Assembly (NCBI GenBank): GCA_963817385.1 | Contig: CAWFOM010000016.1 | Span: 32,001-96,000, forward strand | DNA: 64,000 nt | From: an uncultured delta proteobacterium | Lineage (GTDB): Bacteria > Desulfobacterota > Syntrophia > Syntrophales > UBA5619 | Reading direction: 5' to 3' | Part shown: positions 51,371-61,356 of the stretch, piece after piece | Layout of the letters: each line of letters starts with the position of its first letter | Numbering within the stretch: the stretch's first letter is position 1 | Position numbers and translations under genes: made by a program | Notes under the pieces: generated by a model | Databases searched by the model: none | Seen by the model: the letters and a program-made list of their open reading frames with translations, nothing else | Told to the model about the DNA's origin: nothing

Positions 51371-53221
51371 CTAATGCGGCGCCGCTAAAAAAGCATAAAG
51401 CATCATGAACAGGAGGGCAATCCCCAAGAAAAGAGCAAGAAAGCCGAATCCTTTGAAAAAGAAATCGAAGAAAACACCTCTTCTCTTCGTAACCTTAAAT
51501 TGTTCGGTGCTCCCCTCCCGTTCGTAACGCTGCCATTGATCACGACGTTCCTCGATAAACTCATGTTTCGACAGCTGGCCGTTAAAAATGACGAAGTCCA
51601 TGGGAAATTTCTCGGGGCGGAAGTGGGTATTGAAGAAATGCACGGTAAAGATGAAGCCCGTGGCAAGCAGGGCCTCATCGGAATGGACGATGGTCGCCAG
51701 GTTAAACATCCAGCCGGGAAGAATGCTGCCGAAAAACTCCGGGAACCAGAGCATCAGGCCGGAGCCGCCGATGGCGAACATGCCCCAGAAGACTGCCAGG
51801 AAATCGAACTTCTCCCAGTACGTCCAGCGCTCAAAGGTCGGTTTCGGCCCCTTGAAAAAGAACCAGCGGATCATGCCCGTGATATCCCTGACATCCCGCT
51901 CATTGGGACACAGTGAATCCGGACCGAGGAGCCGCTCCATCCAGTTTCCCGGGATATCCTTTCGGATAAAGAGAAAATGGATGCATAAGAAATTTGCCGA
52001 TAGGAAATAAACAAAGGTAACCACGGCGCATATCCTGTGGATCAAGGCGGCGTTTGCAGTGCCGCCGAACAGCGCCATCAGAAGTTTTGACAATTCCTGA
52101 TCGCTGAACTTAAGCGGTAATCCGGTCAAGGCGAGGCCGAGGAAACTGACCATTACAAGGATATGCAGGATAATCTGGCGACCGTTGAAACGGCGGTACC
52201 GATTAAAGCCGCCGGGCAGATGCCCGATAGCCCCTTCCTCAAGTAGTGCCGCTTTTTCCCGGTTCTCCACAAATCCGCGGTATAGCCAGAGGAGCGTATG
52301 GATCCAGAAAACGGCGAAGGTGCTGATCAAAAGGGTCATCATCCCTAAAAATGTCCAGTACAGCAGCGGATATTTCCCCCTGTCCGTGTGCTCCCCGTGA
52401 GCATAGAATTTAGTAAAGTTTGTCGTGGCGTGCTTATGGCACTGTCGGCACGTAGTCACCAGATTGGCCGGATTGACGGCGGAACGCGGGTCTGCTGCTT
52501 TCTGCACGGAATGGGCCGTATGACAATCGGAACAACCGGCGACCTTTTCCGGATAACCGAGTCGATAGTTTTTCCCGTGATAACTATCCATGTAAGTACT
52601 GATCGCCACATTGAAGACATTGTTACGCTTCATCATCTTTTCATCACTATGGCACCTCAGGCAGACCTTGGTATGGAATACCCGGTCGGTATGGAACTTC
52701 GGGTCATTCATCGGCTTAATATCATGGAGATTATGACAATCGTTGCAGGCGGCAGAATCCTGATTGCCGGCTGTCACCGCTTGCCCGTGGATGGATTGTC
52801 GGTAAATTGCCTCATGGTCGTGGCACTGGATGCACTTGGCAACGACAATACGTTTGTCATTTTTCCAGTACCGGTGCGAGTGTATGTCAGTGTGGCAATC
52901 AGCGCATTGTACATCCTTTTGTATATGTACACTGGCATAATGCTCGGCATTTTCCCTTTTATGACAGCGCTCGCACCTGACCTTATCCATTTTGATTTCA
53001 CCCTTCACGTGCCGGGAAAGGTCGGTAAGCTGGACATGGCAGCTATTACAGCCATTTTTTCCATGAACGGAAGCGACAAAAGAAGCGGCGGAGATTTTAT
53101 CACCGTGGCAACCGAGGCAGGTGGCCGGATCAACAGCCATACCCTGATCAGCCCACAGGGGGTGGGCAAACAGCAAAACGAGCAAGATCACGGACGACAT
53201 GCGGGAAATTATCTTCAACAT
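51371..53221 (-). CDS. cbcL: CbcL-like nonaheme cytochrome c fused to a cytochrome b domain
   Basis: Signal peptide; nine CxxCH; then b-type TM domain (LTGLPLKF, IHRIC, WEKFDF, HSDEALLA, VHFFNTH). Confidence 0.85.
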   Translation of the reverse strand: MLKIISRMSSVILLVLLFAHPLWADQGMAVDPATCLGCHGDKISAASFVASVHGKNGCNSCHVQLTDLSRHVKGEIKMDKVRCERCHKRENAEHYASVHIQKDVQCADCHTDIHSHRYWKNDKRIVVAKCIQCHDHEAIYRQSIHGQAVTAGNQDSAACNDCHNLHDIKPMNDPKFHTDRVFHTKVCLRCHSDEKMMKRNNVFNVAISTYMDSYHGKNYRLGYPEKVAGCSDCHTAHSVQKAADPRSAVNPANLVTTCRQCHKHATTNFTKFYAHGEHTDRGKYPLLYWTFLGMMTLLISTFAVFWIHTLLWLYRGFVENREKAALLEEGAIGHLPGGFNRYRRFNGRQIILHILVMVSFLGLALTGLPLKFSDQELSKLLMALFGGTANAALIHRICAVVTFVYFLSANFLCIHFLFIRKDIPGNWMERLLGPDSLCPNERDVRDITGMIRWFFFKGPKPTFERWTYWEKFDFLAVFWGMFAIGGSGLMLWFPEFFGSILPGWMFNLATIVHSDEALLATGFIFTVHFFNTHFRPEKFPMDFVIFNGQLSKHEFIEERRDQWQRYEREGSTEQFKVTKRRGVFFDFFFKGFGFLALFLGIALLFMMLYAFLAAPH

Positions 53222-53537
53222 GCTAAGCCTCCTGCAAAATAGCGAATGAAAGAAACGCTGCGTACGACACCTATGACGTTGCACGCAGGCTTTGGTTATG
53301 AACTGATATCGCTGCAGTACGGTAAAAAGTCACGTATCCCTAATACAGAGGTTGGCAAAAAGCAATGAAAAAATTGGCCCTGCTGCCTTCGCGACCTGCC
53401 GATACCGAACATCTATCTGCGAACATCTGCCTTGACTATCATTTTTCTATAAATTACTATCACCGGATATTTATGCGCGGTTATGCGTTACCAACGTATA
53501 GTATGAAACTCACATCGTTACTTGAGGAACAAAACGC

Positions 53538-55130
53538 TTGCGTATCAGCCTTATTTCTAAATTGACCATCGGCATCAGTCTCATCCTGCTTGTCTTCATG
53601 GTGTTTTTTGCGTACATCAATATCGCTACCCTCAAGACCATGCTCCTGGAAGCGGCGATCTCCGATGCCGACAAGTTAAGCGAAACAATCATAAAATCAA
53701 CTCACTATGAAATGCTGGAGGATAACCGGCAAAGGGCCTATGAAATGATCCAGGAGGTAGGCACGCTGCAGGGGATCGAATACATAAGGATGATTAATAA
53801 AAGCGGCAATATAACCTTTTCCACCGAAAAAATTGAGATCGGCAGGTATCTCGACAAAACAGAGGTTGGTTGCAACATGTGTCACACCAGTGATGAACCG
53901 AAAGTGCAAGCCTCCACGATGAACAGGAGCCGGATTTTTTTTGATAAAAACGGCAAGCAGGTAGTAGGGATGGCCAAGGCCATTTACAACGAAAAAAGCT
54001 GTTATGTGTCATCATGCCACTTCCACTCTCCCAAACAGAGGATCTTAGGTGTTCTGGACATCATCGTTTCCCTGGAAAACATGCATACGCTGATAGATAA
54101 TTACCGGAATAAAATCGTTCTTCTGACGGTTTTTCTGCTGTTGTTCATCTCTCTGGCCATCACCTTTTTTACCCATCGCCTCGTAAATCGTCCCGTAAAG
54201 AAACTGCTGACGCAAACCAAGAGAATCGCCCAGGGAGATCTCGATGCCCTCGTGCAAAATGTGCCTCACGATGAAATGGGCGATCTTTCCGACGCCTTTA
54301 ACAAGATGACTGCCAGCCTGAAAAACGCCCGGATGGAACTGGAAGAGTGGGGGAAAAATCTTGAGACGAAAGTAGCAGAAAGGACCAGCGAAATTAAACA
54401 GATGCAGACCCAGTTGATCCGTTCGGAAAAACTCGTTTCCCTCGGAAGACTGGTGGCCGGAATTACCCATGAGATTAACAATCCACTCACGGGCATTTTG
54501 ATGTTCGCCAACTTAACCAGCCAAAGTCCTCAGCTGGACCCGGCTTTAAGAAAAGACATGGACGTCATCATCAACGAAGCCCAGAGATGTGCAAAGATAG
54601 TCAAAGGGTTGCTTGATTTCTCCCGCGAATCGATACCCCAGAAGAAACCGACGTCCTTGAACAAAGTGATGGAGGACACCCTCGCCCTTATCGGCCGCCA
54701 ATCAAGCTTTCACAATATTGAGATCATCAGGGACTATCAGCCGGATTTGCCGCTTATTCCTGTCGATGAGAACCAGATGGAGCAGATTTTTATCAACATA
54801 TTGCTCAACGCCAGCCAGTCCATGCCCAGCGGTGGAAGCATCCACATACAGACCTATACAGAAAAAGAGGAATATGCCTGTCTCACCATTACCGACACCG
54901 GGGCAGGAATCAGTGAAGAAAACCTGGGGAAGATATTTGATCCATTTTTCACTACGAAGAGTGATAAGGGTATGGGGTTAGGTCTTTCCGTTTCTTATGG
55001 GATCATCGAGAGGCATGGCGGCAAGATCGAAGTGCAGAGCAAGGTTAACGAAGGCACAACTTTCACCATCACATTGCCCCTGCACCCGCAGGGCAAAGAG
55101 ACACGTGCCGCCAGCAGCCCTGCCAATTAG
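53538..55130 (+). CDS. Sensor histidine kinase with periplasmic heme-binding motifs and a HAMP domain
   Basis: CNMCH and CYVSSCH in the periplasmic domain; THEINNPL, NILLNA, DTGAG, FDPFFTTK, GLGLS. Confidence 0.9.
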   Translation: MRISLISKLTIGISLILLVFMVFFAYINIATLKTMLLEAAISDADKLSETIIKSTHYEMLEDNRQRAYEMIQEVGTLQGIEYIRMINKSGNITFSTEKIEIGRYLDKTEVGCNMCHTSDEPKVQASTMNRSRIFFDKNGKQVVGMAKAIYNEKSCYVSSCHFHSPKQRILGVLDIIVSLENMHTLIDNYRNKIVLLTVFLLLFISLAITFFTHRLVNRPVKKLLTQTKRIAQGDLDALVQNVPHDEMGDLSDAFNKMTASLKNARMELEEWGKNLETKVAERTSEIKQMQTQLIRSEKLVSLGRLVAGITHEINNPLTGILMFANLTSQSPQLDPALRKDMDVIINEAQRCAKIVKGLLDFSRESIPQKKPTSLNKVMEDTLALIGRQSSFHNIEIIRDYQPDLPLIPVDENQMEQIFINILLNASQSMPSGGSIHIQTYTEKEEYACLTITDTGAGISEENLGKIFDPFFTTKSDKGMGLGLSVSYGIIERHGGKIEVQSKVNEGTTFTITLPLHPQGKETRAASSPAN

Positions 55131-55139
55131 CAGGGTGAG

Positions 55140-55369
55140 GTATATATTTTTATACAAGTGACTGTTTATTAATATCTTCCATGGTTATCAATGCGTAGCC
55201 ATCTGAGCCCCAAGTTCCGATCCTTTTTCGACACCTCACCTGTATAAGGTTATTATACATCGCCACCACAAAAAGGTTGTCGGGCAATTTCTTACCAGAT
55301 AAAAAGTATCTAAAAACAATAAGTTAAACTGACAGCCCAGGGCGTTCCTCTCATGGCATGTCCATTGCA
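55140..55369 (+). promoter_or_regulatory. sigma54 promoter with two upstream palindromic sites and an IHF-like site
   Basis: TGGCATGTCCATTGCA (GG 55355, GC 55367); GTATATATTTTTATACA at 55140; TGTATAAGGTTATTATACA at 55241; AAACAATAAGTTA at 55314. Confidence 0.75.
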
Positions 55370-55433
55370 GCATATAAAGTCAAAAGCAGTAGTTTCAGTA
55401 ACAGAAATGATTAACGAAAAAAAGGAGGAAGCC

Positions 55434-55673
55434 ATGAAACTCATAACGGCGATTCTAACGGCGATAATGGTCAACGCAACATCGGCTCTGGCTTCCAGTG
55501 GACAAGAGACGATGGGCACCAGCCTGCTCGTGCTCCTTTTCCTGGGTTTTGGTGCTTTCATTGTCTCATGTCAGCTAATACCCAGTATAGTGCTCTTCTA
55601 CTCGATGCTCAAAGGGCTCTTTGACTGCGCCGCGAAAGGCACGATGCCGAAAACAGGCGTCAAAACGCTATGA
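55434..55673 (+). CDS. Small membrane protein
   Basis: AGGAGG RBS; signal-like N-terminus, FLGFGAFIVSCQLIP. Confidence 0.7.
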   Translation: MKLITAILTAIMVNATSALASSGQETMGTSLLVLLFLGFGAFIVSCQLIPSIVLFYSMLKGLFDCAAKGTMPKTGVKTL

Positions 55674-55700
55674 TGTCAGATACCGTGAGAGGATAAAATC

Positions 55701-56108
55701 ATGCTGGGATTGCTCATTGCAGATAAGGATATGACGACCCGAAAGCAGATGGCAAAACTGCTTATAGAGGCCGGCTACGATGTGACGGTAACTGACTCTG
55801 CGGCAAAAGCCATCAACGGCGTGCTGAAAAAAACCGCCCGGGTTGTGCTTCTGGGAACCGAACTTGATGAACTTACCTCCGCAGAGATGGTACCGCTCTT
55901 AAAACAGTGCAATCGCAAGCTGATGATCATCCTGATTGCTGATGACGCGCCCTTGCCTTTGATAAGGAAGGTACGGAAAGAGGGAATTTTCTACCATGCC
56001 CTGCGCCCCGCAGAACCGGAGGATGAAGAAGAGATCAGGCAGGTGGTAAAGTGCGCCATGGAAAGCCTGACCAGGGCTGATTATGCAAGAAAAGTTCACG
56101 CGAACTGA
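55701..56108 (+). CDS. Stand-alone atypical response-regulator receiver
   Basis: Receiver pattern LLIADKD...AGYDVTV; LLG where the phospho-Asp is expected. Confidence 0.75.
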   Translation: MLGLLIADKDMTTRKQMAKLLIEAGYDVTVTDSAAKAINGVLKKTARVVLLGTELDELTSAEMVPLLKQCNRKLMIILIADDAPLPLIRKVRKEGIFYHALRPAEPEDEEEIRQVVKCAMESLTRADYARKVHAN

Positions 56109-56131
56109 ATGAACCACCTAAGGAGGAGCTC

Positions 56132-56380
56132 ATGAAACATATAACCCGCGTTAAAACGATCGGTCCGATGATTGCGACGTTTTTCAATGCCGCCCCCCTG
56201 TGGGCCGCAACCGCTGCCCGGGAGGATAACAGCGATCTGTTTGTGTGGATATTTTTGGCCTTCTGCGCCCTGGTCGTGGTCGCTCAGCTTATTCCCGCCA
56301 TACTGATGCTGTTGGGATTTGCGAAAGGGGTGAAGAAGGAATCCGTTCAACCCGCCCCCGGTCCTACTGATCAGACCTGA
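56132..56380 (+). CDS. Small membrane protein, paralogous to 55434-55673
   Basis: FLAFCALVVVAQLIP; AAGGAGG RBS. Confidence 0.7.
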   Translation: MKHITRVKTIGPMIATFFNAAPLWAATAAREDNSDLFVWIFLAFCALVVVAQLIPAILMLLGFAKGVKKESVQPAPGPTDQT

Positions 56381-56475
56381 CTTCGCCGGATGGATCATCA
56401 CCGTTTTTCGGCATAGAGGTCAGGGAGTCCTACCGACCGGCAGGGGCTCCAAAAATTCTCTTCACGATATCGAGA

Positions 56476-57918
56476 TTATTGGTTATTTTGCTCGTCCTTC
56501 ACGGATATGCCCAGTTTTTTCAGGAGGGCATGAAAGTTCGGGCGAAGCATTCCCGTCTCTTCCGCGGCCTGCGAAACATTCCAGTTATTCCGCTTGAGGG
56601 CGTTGATGACAAACGCCTTTTCAATCGGTTCTACCGCCCGCTCGCGTATCTGCTTCTTCGTCTCCTTCAATTCCTCCAGGCTGAGCGGAACGATATCCGG
56701 ATCCAGGTATCTCTCCTCCTCCGCGGATCTCAATTCCAGGTTGGCCTTCTGGATGACGTCACCCTCACACAAGACAACCGCCCGTTCCAGGATATTCTCC
56801 AATTCGCGAACGTTGCCCGGAAAGGTGTATCCCTCCAACACCGCCATGGCATCGGGCGCCAGACCCCGCACCTCCTTGCCGATCTCTTCGGAAAACTTAC
56901 CCAAAAAGTGCAGGATCAACAGCGGCAGGTCGCCCTTCCTCTCCCGCAGGGGTGGAAGATTAACCGGAATAACGTTGATGCGGAAAAACAGATCCTCCCG
57001 AAAGGAGCCTTTGGCCACCATATCTCGTAAGGTTATATTGGTGGCCACCACGAGGCGGATATCGATCGGGACCGGCCGGGTATCACCAATGGGAGTCAGA
57101 ATGCGTTCCTGTAAAACTCTGAGGAGTTTCGCTTGGGTCGCAAGGCTTATATTGGAAACCTCGTCCAGAAACAGGGTGCCCCCGTCGGCCACCTTAAACA
57201 GCCCCGTCTTGCTATGGATGGCGCCGGTGAACGAACCTTTTACATGGCCGAACAGCTCGCTCTCCAGCAAGGTTTCCGGAAGCGAGGTGCAGTCCACTGC
57301 AACGAAGGGGTGGTCATGCCGGGCGCTGTTCTTATGTATGGCGCGTGCCACCAGTTCCTTGCCCGTCCCGCTTTCGCCGGTAATCAATACCGTACTGTCG
57401 GTCGGGGCCACCTGCATGATCCGGCGATAGACCTTCTGCATCTCAACGCTTTCGCCGATAAATTCACCAAAGCCATGGCCGTCGCCCGGTAGTTTCTTTA
57501 CCGAAAAACTCTCCGTCGTTGCTATTTTATGGTCTATGGCCTTCCGTACCTTATCAACGATCAGATCCGAGGTAAACGGTTTCGCGATATAATCAAAGGC
57601 ACCGTTTTTCATCGCCTCCACAGCCGTGTCAACGGTTGAGTAACCGGTAATCATGATTACCGGTACTTCCGGTTGCAGTATTTTTATGTTTTTCAACACT
57701 TCGATCCCGTCCATGCCGGGCATTTTCAGATCCGTAATCACTACATCGAAATCGTGTTCCTGGATTTTTTCGATCGCCGATCTTCCGCTGGCCGATGTTT
57801 CCACATAATACCCTTCGGCGGTAAGAATGCGGCGCATCCCTTCCCTGATTACCTCCTCATCATCAACCACGAGGAGAGTGTGTCGGTCCTGATATTTTTC
57901 TTGCTTGCCTTTTTCCAT
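56476..57918 (-). CDS. sigma54-dependent response regulator (NtrC family; BccR-like by context)
   Basis: VVDDE/DLKMP receiver, GESGTGKE, ESELFGH, GSFTGA, FLDE, PGNVREL, Fis HTH. Confidence 0.92.
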   Translation of the reverse strand: MEKGKQEKYQDRHTLLVVDDEEVIREGMRRILTAEGYYVETSASGRSAIEKIQEHDFDVVITDLKMPGMDGIEVLKNIKILQPEVPVIMITGYSTVDTAVEAMKNGAFDYIAKPFTSDLIVDKVRKAIDHKIATTESFSVKKLPGDGHGFGEFIGESVEMQKVYRRIMQVAPTDSTVLITGESGTGKELVARAIHKNSARHDHPFVAVDCTSLPETLLESELFGHVKGSFTGAIHSKTGLFKVADGGTLFLDEVSNISLATQAKLLRVLQERILTPIGDTRPVPIDIRLVVATNITLRDMVAKGSFREDLFFRINVIPVNLPPLRERKGDLPLLILHFLGKFSEEIGKEVRGLAPDAMAVLEGYTFPGNVRELENILERAVVLCEGDVIQKANLELRSAEEERYLDPDIVPLSLEELKETKKQIRERAVEPIEKAFVINALKRNNWNVSQAAEETGMLRPNFHALLKKLGISVKDEQNNQ

Positions 57919-58101
57919 AATTTGATCGTAAGAAATACCGGTGCGTATCTTTCCCGCAGGAAGTTATAAACGACGAACCGCTTATCGCAATTCTTTGTTA
58001 CTGTATAGTAATTCAACTACTTCGTCAAATCGATGCATCATAAAATATAGCATTTCTTTTCTATTTACCATAGTGAGCATAAAATTACGACGTGTTCCTG
58101 C

Positions 58102-58330
58102 GTATATTTTTTTATACAGACCGCCGCTAATGAAATTTGCACCGTATCTCGGGAATGTTGCCACATTGATGCTGTTTTCTATCCGGACACACTATTTCTT
58201 ATGTATAATAATTGCGTACATTTCCCAAGCCGGTTCAAACATCTTTTCCATGTCAATGAATATTATTCTAATGAAATCAATTAATTGTAATTATTTCTCT
58301 CTATTTACGCCGGCTGGCACAACCACTGCA
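58102..58330 (+). promoter_or_regulatory. sigma54 promoter for the cbcAB-like operon with two palindromic sites and an IHF site
   Basis: TGGCACAACCACTGCA (GG 58316, GC 58328); GTATATTTTTTTATACA at 58102; TGTATAATAATTGCGTACA at 58202; AATCAATTAATTG at 58275. Confidence 0.78.
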
Positions 58331-58712
58331 AGGACGTGGCGCAAGAAGAAAGATCGACCCTGCGCGAAAGAGGAATGCCATAAAAACTATTGGCAGAATG
58401 AGCGGCAATACTGATCCCAGAGGCAGCGACTCATCAGCCGGCGGGTCGGAGGAAATCGGACTTGATCTGATGGCACTGTTTTTTCACATTCGGCGCTTTG
58501 ATCGTAGTCATGCAAACGATTCCCCTTGTTTTTGTGGTGCATTCACGGTAGAGGGGAGTCATAGATCAACATGCCGAACAGAGGCAGCCTGCTGGGACGC
58601 AAAACTACTCTTAGCAATGATCGATCCCCGGAAATTCGTATCAACGGATGAATAAACGCATTATGATGGTATGTGCCAGCGCTAAGCTCACAAATAGCAA
58701 GGAGGAAGATTA

Positions 58713-59762
58713 ATGAGTCAGACAAAGTGGATTCTGATTTTACTGGCATCAGCGCTCATGTTCATGATGGCGGCGCCGGCCATGGATGCTGCTGAAAACA
58801 ATTGTATGACCTGTCACAGCGAAAAGACGATCATGAGTAACGGGGTACACCTCTATATCGATCCGGTGAAATATGAGTCCACGACACATGCACGCATCGG
58901 ATGTGTTTCCTGCCATGACAGGGTAACAAAGCGTCATCCTGCGGACGGCATCAGACCATCCCGCGCAAAGTGCCAGGATTGTCACGCCGCTGTCGCTGCC
59001 GAGTATGATCAAAGTATGCATGGAAAGAATGCCGGCTGCACTGATTGCCACAAGCCTCATGCCGTTAAATCGCTGCTGGCTGTTTCCGGCCGCGACATCA
59101 ACATCCAGTGCGCCAAGTGTCACGAATATGCGGAAATGGTCAAGAACCACTCCAAGTGGCTGCCCCAGGCGGCGCTCCATATTGACGCATTGCCATGCAT
59201 AACCTGCCATACGGGCTCAAAAAATTATGTAATTACCATGTACATGGCGAAAAATGTAACAGACTCGCCCTTGGGCGGCGTCAAGCTGGCCGTTTTTAAC
59301 GATCTACGGCCGTTTTTATCAGCAGGGAAAAAAGTCGAGTCATTGATCGACGTCAACGGCGATAATTTTCTTTCATTAAGCGAGTTAAAGAAATTCAATA
59401 CCAGCAGTCAATATCGAAGTTTAAGTCTCCTGGGGACAATGATGCCCGAGGTCATAACGCACAATTATCAGATTTTGAATAACCGCTGGGATTGCACCTT
59501 CTGTCATGCCTCGGGACCTAATGCCCAACAGACAAGCTATCTTGCCTTTCCCGAGCAGGATGGCACATATAGCCGAATACCGGTAGAGAGAGGCGCCATC
59601 ATGGACATCCTGTACGGCACCCCGGATTTCTATATGCTGGGATCAACAAGAAGCACCCTGTTGAGCATCATCGGGGCTCTGATCGCAGCCGGGGGACTTA
59701 TGGTGCCCATTTTGCACGGCACATTACGTTTCGTCACCAGAAAGAGAAGAAAGGAGCATTGA
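58713..59762 (+). CDS. cbcA: CbcA-like heptaheme cytochrome c with a C-terminal membrane anchor
   Basis: Signal peptide; seven CxxCH; EF-hand-like DVNGDNFLSLSE; C-terminal TM with His. Confidence 0.8.
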   Translation: MSQTKWILILLASALMFMMAAPAMDAAENNCMTCHSEKTIMSNGVHLYIDPVKYESTTHARIGCVSCHDRVTKRHPADGIRPSRAKCQDCHAAVAAEYDQSMHGKNAGCTDCHKPHAVKSLLAVSGRDINIQCAKCHEYAEMVKNHSKWLPQAALHIDALPCITCHTGSKNYVITMYMAKNVTDSPLGGVKLAVFNDLRPFLSAGKKVESLIDVNGDNFLSLSELKKFNTSSQYRSLSLLGTMMPEVITHNYQILNNRWDCTFCHASGPNAQQTSYLAFPEQDGTYSRIPVERGAIMDILYGTPDFYMLGSTRSTLLSIIGALIAAGGLMVPILHGTLRFVTRKRRKEH

Positions 59763-59764
59763 TC

Positions 59765-60415
59765 ATGTCACTCGGAACACCCAAAGAGCTGATATATTTC
59801 ACCCCCACGCCGGTAAGAATATGGCACTGGCTAAACGCCCTCGGCATTGTCACCCTTTGTGTCACGGGCATACAGATCAGATTCCCGGAATATGCCAATA
59901 TCTTCGGTACGTATAAGGCAGCCATCAAACTGCACGATATCGCCGGCGTGACCGTAGCGATCTCCTTCTTCCTCTGGATATTTTACTATCTGTTCGTAGC
60001 GAGGAATCTGGTAAAACTCTATGTCCCCAATTTGGACGATATCAAACAGGGGATCTTCAGGCAGGCTTTTTTTTATTTCTTTGAATATTTTCTGGGGCGG
60101 AAGAATCCCCACGACGCCACGCTGGACAACAAGTTCAATGCCATCCAGAAAATGAGCTACCTGTTCATCATGTTCCTGTTCTTGCCGCTCGTTATCGCCA
60201 GCGGTCTCCTTCTGATGAATGTTGCGCCTCTGCGGGGGTGGATCATCATGATCGGAGGGATCAAGTTTCTCGTGGACGCCCATTACCTGATCGCCTGCTC
60301 CTTTTTTGCCTTTCTCTGCGTCCACATCTACATGGCCACGCTGGGGCATACGCCTTTTGCCCATTTCCGCCAGATGTGGACAGGATGGGAAGAAGTGGAA
60401 ATCCACCACCGGTAG
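59765..60415 (+). CDS. cbcB: CbcB-like diheme cytochrome b
   Basis: RIWHWLNA, KLHD, KFNAIQK, DAHY, VHIY. Confidence 0.82.
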   Translation: MSLGTPKELIYFTPTPVRIWHWLNALGIVTLCVTGIQIRFPEYANIFGTYKAAIKLHDIAGVTVAISFFLWIFYYLFVARNLVKLYVPNLDDIKQGIFRQAFFYFFEYFLGRKNPHDATLDNKFNAIQKMSYLFIMFLFLPLVIASGLLLMNVAPLRGWIIMIGGIKFLVDAHYLIACSFFAFLCVHIYMATLGHTPFAHFRQMWTGWEEVEIHHR

Positions 60416-60591
60416 GCAATATGAATTGACTAATCGGGCATTTTTTTATATTGACAGATTCGCATGGAACGGATGGCTGATTTCCTTCTGATGCCTATTT
60501 CGATGTTCTGGGGGGAAAAGGGTAACAGGGCAAATAGAGGACGGCGTCGCAGGGCTGAGACTCTGTTCTTTTTGTTTTTCCGGAGGCAATC

Positions 60592-61356
60592 ATGAAGCAG
60601 CGGTACCTGTTTTTCATCTTAACCGTAACGGTGTTGACGTGCTCCTTCGCGTATGCGATTGACATCAAAGATGTCCCCTTTAAAATAGCCAATTTCGGCA
60701 AGGTCATATTCAACCATAACGAGCATTTCAGGCAAGAGGGGATAAAAAATAACTGCAAAACCTGCCATAATGCAATTTACAACCTCAGGAAACAAGTTCA
60801 TTACACCATGGTTGATATGGAGAAAGGCAAATCCTGCGGCGCCTGTCACAACGGCAAGCGGGCCTTCGATCTCAAGGATTGCATCAAATGTCACAAAGTT
60901 GCCGATATAACCATGAAAGTGAAGGAGACGGGACCCGTAACCTTCAGTCACAAGAAGCATGTCAAAGCGAACAATTGCGCCGTCTGCCATCCCAAGATAT
61001 ACGATATGGCTGCAAAAAAGCCGGTCACTATGGCTCAGATGGAGAAGGGCAAATCCTGCGGCGCCTGTCATAACGGCAAAGAGGCCTTTAAGACCGAGGA
61101 ATGCATTAAGTGCCATCCCTTCAAGGATGTGGATTTCAAGGTGCCGGATACGGGTGACGTCAAATTCAGCCACGAACTGCACACGGGCATGTACCAGTGC
61201 GGCGATTGCCACGTCAAACTCTATCTCCCCTCTGCAAAGAATAAGAGGATCACGATGGCTGAGATGGAGGCGGCAAAATCATGCGGCGCATGTCATAACG
61301 AAGGCAAAGGGGCCTTTACCGTAAAAGAAAATTGCGACCGCTGCCACAAGATGTAG
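60592..61356 (+). CDS. Periplasmic nonaheme cytochrome with three c7-type repeats
   Basis: Signal peptide; 3x [F.H..H, CxxCH, M..M..GKSCGACH, CxxCH]. Confidence 0.88.
   Translation: MKQRYLFFILTVTVLTCSFAYAIDIKDVPFKIANFGKVIFNHNEHFRQEGIKNNCKTCHNAIYNLRKQVHYTMVDMEKGKSCGACHNGKRAFDLKDCIKCHKVADITMKVKETGPVTFSHKKHVKANNCAVCHPKIYDMAAKKPVTMAQMEKGKSCGACHNGKEAFKTEECIKCHPFKDVDFKVPDTGDVKFSHELHTGMYQCGDCHVKLYLPSAKNKRITMAEMEAAKSCGACHNEGKGAFTVKENCDRCHKM

Noticed and set aside
58590..58625. GGGACGCAAAAC in the cbcA leader resembling a c-di-GMP-I (GEMM) riboswitch core
   Set aside because: The upstream GGCAAA/GNRA hairpin and downstream stem could not be built; an Rfam scan would settle it
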